This document shows, one piece after another, positions 60,895-64,000 of a DNA stretch of 64,000 nucleotides. Each line of letters starts with the position of its first letter. The stretch's first letter is position 1. The notes under the pieces were generated by a model, which worked only from the letters and a program-made list of their open reading frames with translations, was not told the DNA's origin and did no database searches. The position numbers and the translations under genes were made by a program. Source of the stretch: Macrostomum lignano (lineage: Eukaryota); the NCBI GenBank assembly GCA_002269645.1, contig NIVC01000262.1:124001-188000 (forward strand). Reading direction: 5' to 3'.

Positions 60895-61590
60895 CTTCTA
60901 TGATTTTTACATGACGCTTCTACGATTGTTTACATGACGCTTCTATGATTGTTTACATGATGCTTCTACGATTGTTTACATGACGCTTCTACGATTGTTT
61001 ACATGACGCTTCTACGATTGTTTACATGACGCTTTTATGATTGTTTACATGACGCTTCTATGACTTTTACATGACGCTTCTATGATTTTTCATGACGCTT
61101 CTATGATTGTTTACATGACGCTTCTATGATTGTTTACATGACGCTTCTATGATTGTTTACATGACGCTTCTATGATTGTTTACATGACGCTTCTATGATG
61201 GTTTTTATGATGCTTCTATGATTGTTTACATGACGCTTTCATGATTGTTTACATGACGCTTCCATGATTGTTTACATGACGCTTCTATGATTGTTTACAT
61301 GACGCTTCTATGATTGTTTACATGACGCTTCTATGATTTTTCATGACGCTTCTATGATTGTTTACATGACGCTTCTATGATTTTTTGTATGACGCTTCTA
61401 TGATTGTTTACATGACACTTCTATGATTGTTTACATGACGCTTTCATGATTGTTTACATGACGCTTCTTTGATTGTTTACATGACGCTTCTATGATTGTT
61501 TACATGACGCTTCTATGACTTTTACATGACGCTTCTATGATTGTTTACATGACGCTTCTATGACTTTTACATGACGCTTCTATGAGTTTT
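60895..61590. repeat. Minisatellite E array (~30 x 23 bp)
   Basis: Tandem periodicity. Confidence 0.95.
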
Positions 61591-61940
61591 GTGTAGTGTG
61601 TTGAATTATATAAAAGTGTGTAGCTTTTATATAATTCCACACTCACTCACAAAAAAAGTTTTGACAATCAATTTCCTAGGCAAGTCAGTATCAGTCTCAA
61701 TTAAAGTTGACAATATGGTTACGCAATCTAAATCAAGTCTGGTGCTACGCTTCCACACTGCATTTTCAATACTGTGACGCAATTCAAGTTGGAGTTACAA
61801 TTCAGTTATGATGCAATCTATTTCAGAATCAGAATAAACCAGTCAATTTTTTTCTCTAGCATTCTTACAATGCATTTCAAGTCGAAAAGTTTGCTTGACC
61901 TTTGCAAAAAAGCATGTTTTTCGAATATTTAATGCCTAAA

Positions 61941-63182
61941 TGCTTATTAGGATATTAAAACTTCTCAACGTAATTCCCGGCCAAATCCAAGCACTTCTGC
62001 ATCCTGTGGAACCATGCATCGAAGCAACCCCTAAGGTCAGCTTTTGTGAAGCGCTGCAACTCAGTCTGCATGGCCTCCACGAGCTCCTCAACGGACCCAA
62101 ACCGCCTGCCCTTGAGATTCTGCTTCATCCTGGGGAAGAGTCGCAAGGTGCCAAGTCAGGCGAATAGGCCGGATGAGGCAGCAGAGTGAGCTGGGTAGAA
62201 CTTAGGAACTCCTGAGTCCTCTTCGCCTTGTGCGCCGGGGCGTTATCGTGATGCAGGAAGATGCCCTTGTCGCCGGTCCTGGGCCGCTCCTGCGCCAGAT
62301 GCCGTAGCACCAGCGGCAAGCAGACAGTGCTGTACCACTATGCAGTGGCTGTGGCTCCCTGCTGCAGAAGAACTGGCGGCAGAATGCCACAGCGACGAAA
62401 GAAGATGGCCGCCATCACCTTGCCAATGCTGCGCTCGCGACGGAATTTGACTGGCGCATCCTCCTCATGAGTGACCCACTGCCGGCTTTGCTCCTTGGTT
62501 TCCGGGTCGTAGAAATACACCCAGGTTTCATCACCTGTGAGGATGCAGTCCACTGATTTTGAGCGGCCTGCATCAAACTTGGCGAGCATGAGCTGCGCGA
62601 ATTCAACTCGGGCCCGCATGTGATCTGGGCTGAGCTGATGCGGCACCCATCGAGCGGACAGCTTGCGCATGCCAAGATGGTCGTGCAGAATCTTAAGGAT
62701 GGTTGAATCTGACACACCAACTAACTGCTCTAACCAGCGAGTGGTCACTCGTCGATCCTCGTTCACGCAGCGCCGCACAGCATCAATGACAGTGTCGGAA
62801 ACAGCCGAGCTTGGGCGTCCCTCGCGAGGATCGTCGTCCAGACTGGCCGAACCGCATCGGAAGCGCGCAAACCACTCGTACACCATTGTCTGGGATGGCG
62901 CTTGATCCTGAAGGGCCGTGCGAAGTGTTTGGTAGCACTCGGAGGCTGAGCAGCCAAGTCGGAACTGCACCAAGATTGCCACTTGTTTGTCGCTATCAGT
63001 CAGCTCTGGCAAGGCTGCTGGGTTTTCTGCAGAACTTAGGCCACTGCGGCGCATCATGATTAGCATTTAGGCTGAAAATTTAGCTGATAAGTTTCATTAT
63101 CTGCCTCTACAAGCGTGTGAATTTTCATGGGCGTACGAGCTTTAAAAAGTAGTTTTTCCGGGAACTTAATAAGCAGCCCTCG
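61941..63182 (-). mobile_element. Mariner (D,D34D-type) transposon, decayed; one TIR truncated
   Basis: TA|CGAGGGCTGCTTATTAAGTTCC TIR at 63182; only the TAATAAGCA remnant survives at the other end. Confidence 0.88.
61955..63066 (-). pseudogene. Mariner transposase pseudogene
   Basis: WVPHQL, TGDETW, HDNAPAH and YSPDLAPCD motifs. In-frame TAG at 62340-62338 and a frameshifting deletion after PCD (~62145). Confidence 0.92.
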
Positions 63183-63679
63183 TACGGTGTAAAAAAAATT
63201 GTTCTGCAAACGATTAATTGTTTTTTTTAATCTGAAAGGTAGCGTAATTAGGCTATTATTAAGCAAATTTTGTCATGAATTTACGTAAGTGCACTCAATC
63301 ATCGCACAGAAAATTTTTGGTTGTAGTATATTTCTAATGTGTGCTGTGTGGAAGTATTTTTTCAGTCGTCATTTTTAAACAGCATAAGCCTATTAGCCTT
63401 TAAGCTTTAGTAGTCTATTATGCTATGGCACAGTATGACAGTATTGCTCATGACTTTTCGCTGTATCCTTTTTAGTTAAAGGTGGCGGCGCCGGAAAGCT
63501 CACGTACCAAAAGTATGCGAAGCATTGGATTAACTGGCCAGCTGGCATACCGACCGACCGACCCCCTAAGAAGCTAAGTGCCGAACAGCTCCAAGCCATT
63601 TGGGTGTATAAAAAATATACAGTTCTCAATAAATCCAATTGAACAATCCAATGACAATCACGGCCCCAGCGGCAGTGGC

Positions 63680-63845
63680 TTTGTCCAGCCAGTCCGCGTT
63701 GGCAGCGGCAGCAATGGCGGTGGCGTTGTCCAGCCAGTCCGCGTTGGCAGCGGCAGCAATGGCGGTGGCGTTGTCCAGCCAGTCCGCGTTGGCAGCGGCA
63801 GCAATGGCGGTGGCGTTGTCCAGCCAGTCGGCGTGGGCAGCAGCG
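63680..63845. repeat. 45-bp GC-rich tandem repeat (~3.5 copies), possibly a coding exon of unknown origin
   Basis: GTCCAGCCAGTCCGCGTTGGCAGCGGCAGCAATGGCGGTGGCGTT repeated; open in several frames, no recognisable domain. Confidence 0.7.
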
Positions 63846-64000
63846 GCCAACTTATTCGTGTTAGTCGTGGGGGTAGCAGCGGCGGTCTGATCGTGCGTAT
63901 TGGCTGCAGTGACAGCAAGTTAAAAGTTTGTTTGCGGTCAGTCATTTCATGTTAAAAATGGTTGTGGGGCTAATTCACAGAGCTAGGTACGAAGAAGACG

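Larger units (their letters stand above)
55014..61938 (-). mobile_element. Chimeric Helitron 'Y': Z-type backbone and minisatellite E fused to the 3' two-thirds of a second RepHel gene; 5' end lost
   Basis: 3' hairpin CCCCAACGGGGGG then CGTTGATTGCTAG (55014-55017), distal part similar to Z. Backbone at 61590-61938 is truncated against the mariner. Confidence 0.68.

Overview
Eukaryotic, probably invertebrate-animal, repeat-dense window with no recognisable host gene; almost all of it is a nest of rolling-circle transposons (Helitrons). A 44-bp satellite (1-3424) is followed by a plus-strand head-to-tail chain joined at exact CTAG|TC junctions. The chain has four ~4-kb minisatellite-filled non-autonomous Helitrons (3853-20366) and a 10.9-kb formerly autonomous Helitron (20367-31253). 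That element carries an intron-containing, now broken OTU-Rep-PIF1 helicase gene, an apparently intact 3-exon RPA1-like gene and a nested 600-bp P-element/THAP remnant. A decayed Gypsy element follows, then a non-autonomous Helitron interrupted by a BEL/Pao LTR retrotransposon (35843-42010, AGTAG TSD). This meets, tail-to-tail, a second minus-strand chain of four different Helitrons (43613-61938), which includes a second RPA1-like pseudogene and a second RepHel pseudogene. A decayed mariner and a 45-bp GC-rich repeat end the window. Main observations: chains of different Helitron families with precise junctions and duplicated 5' ends; a tRNA-Ser(GCT)-derived module in most non-autonomous copies; interchangeable minisatellite cassettes; Minos-type TA-CTCG-TA footprints verified against empty sister sites; and a templated-insertion repair scar. 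All alignments were done by eye; no searches were run.
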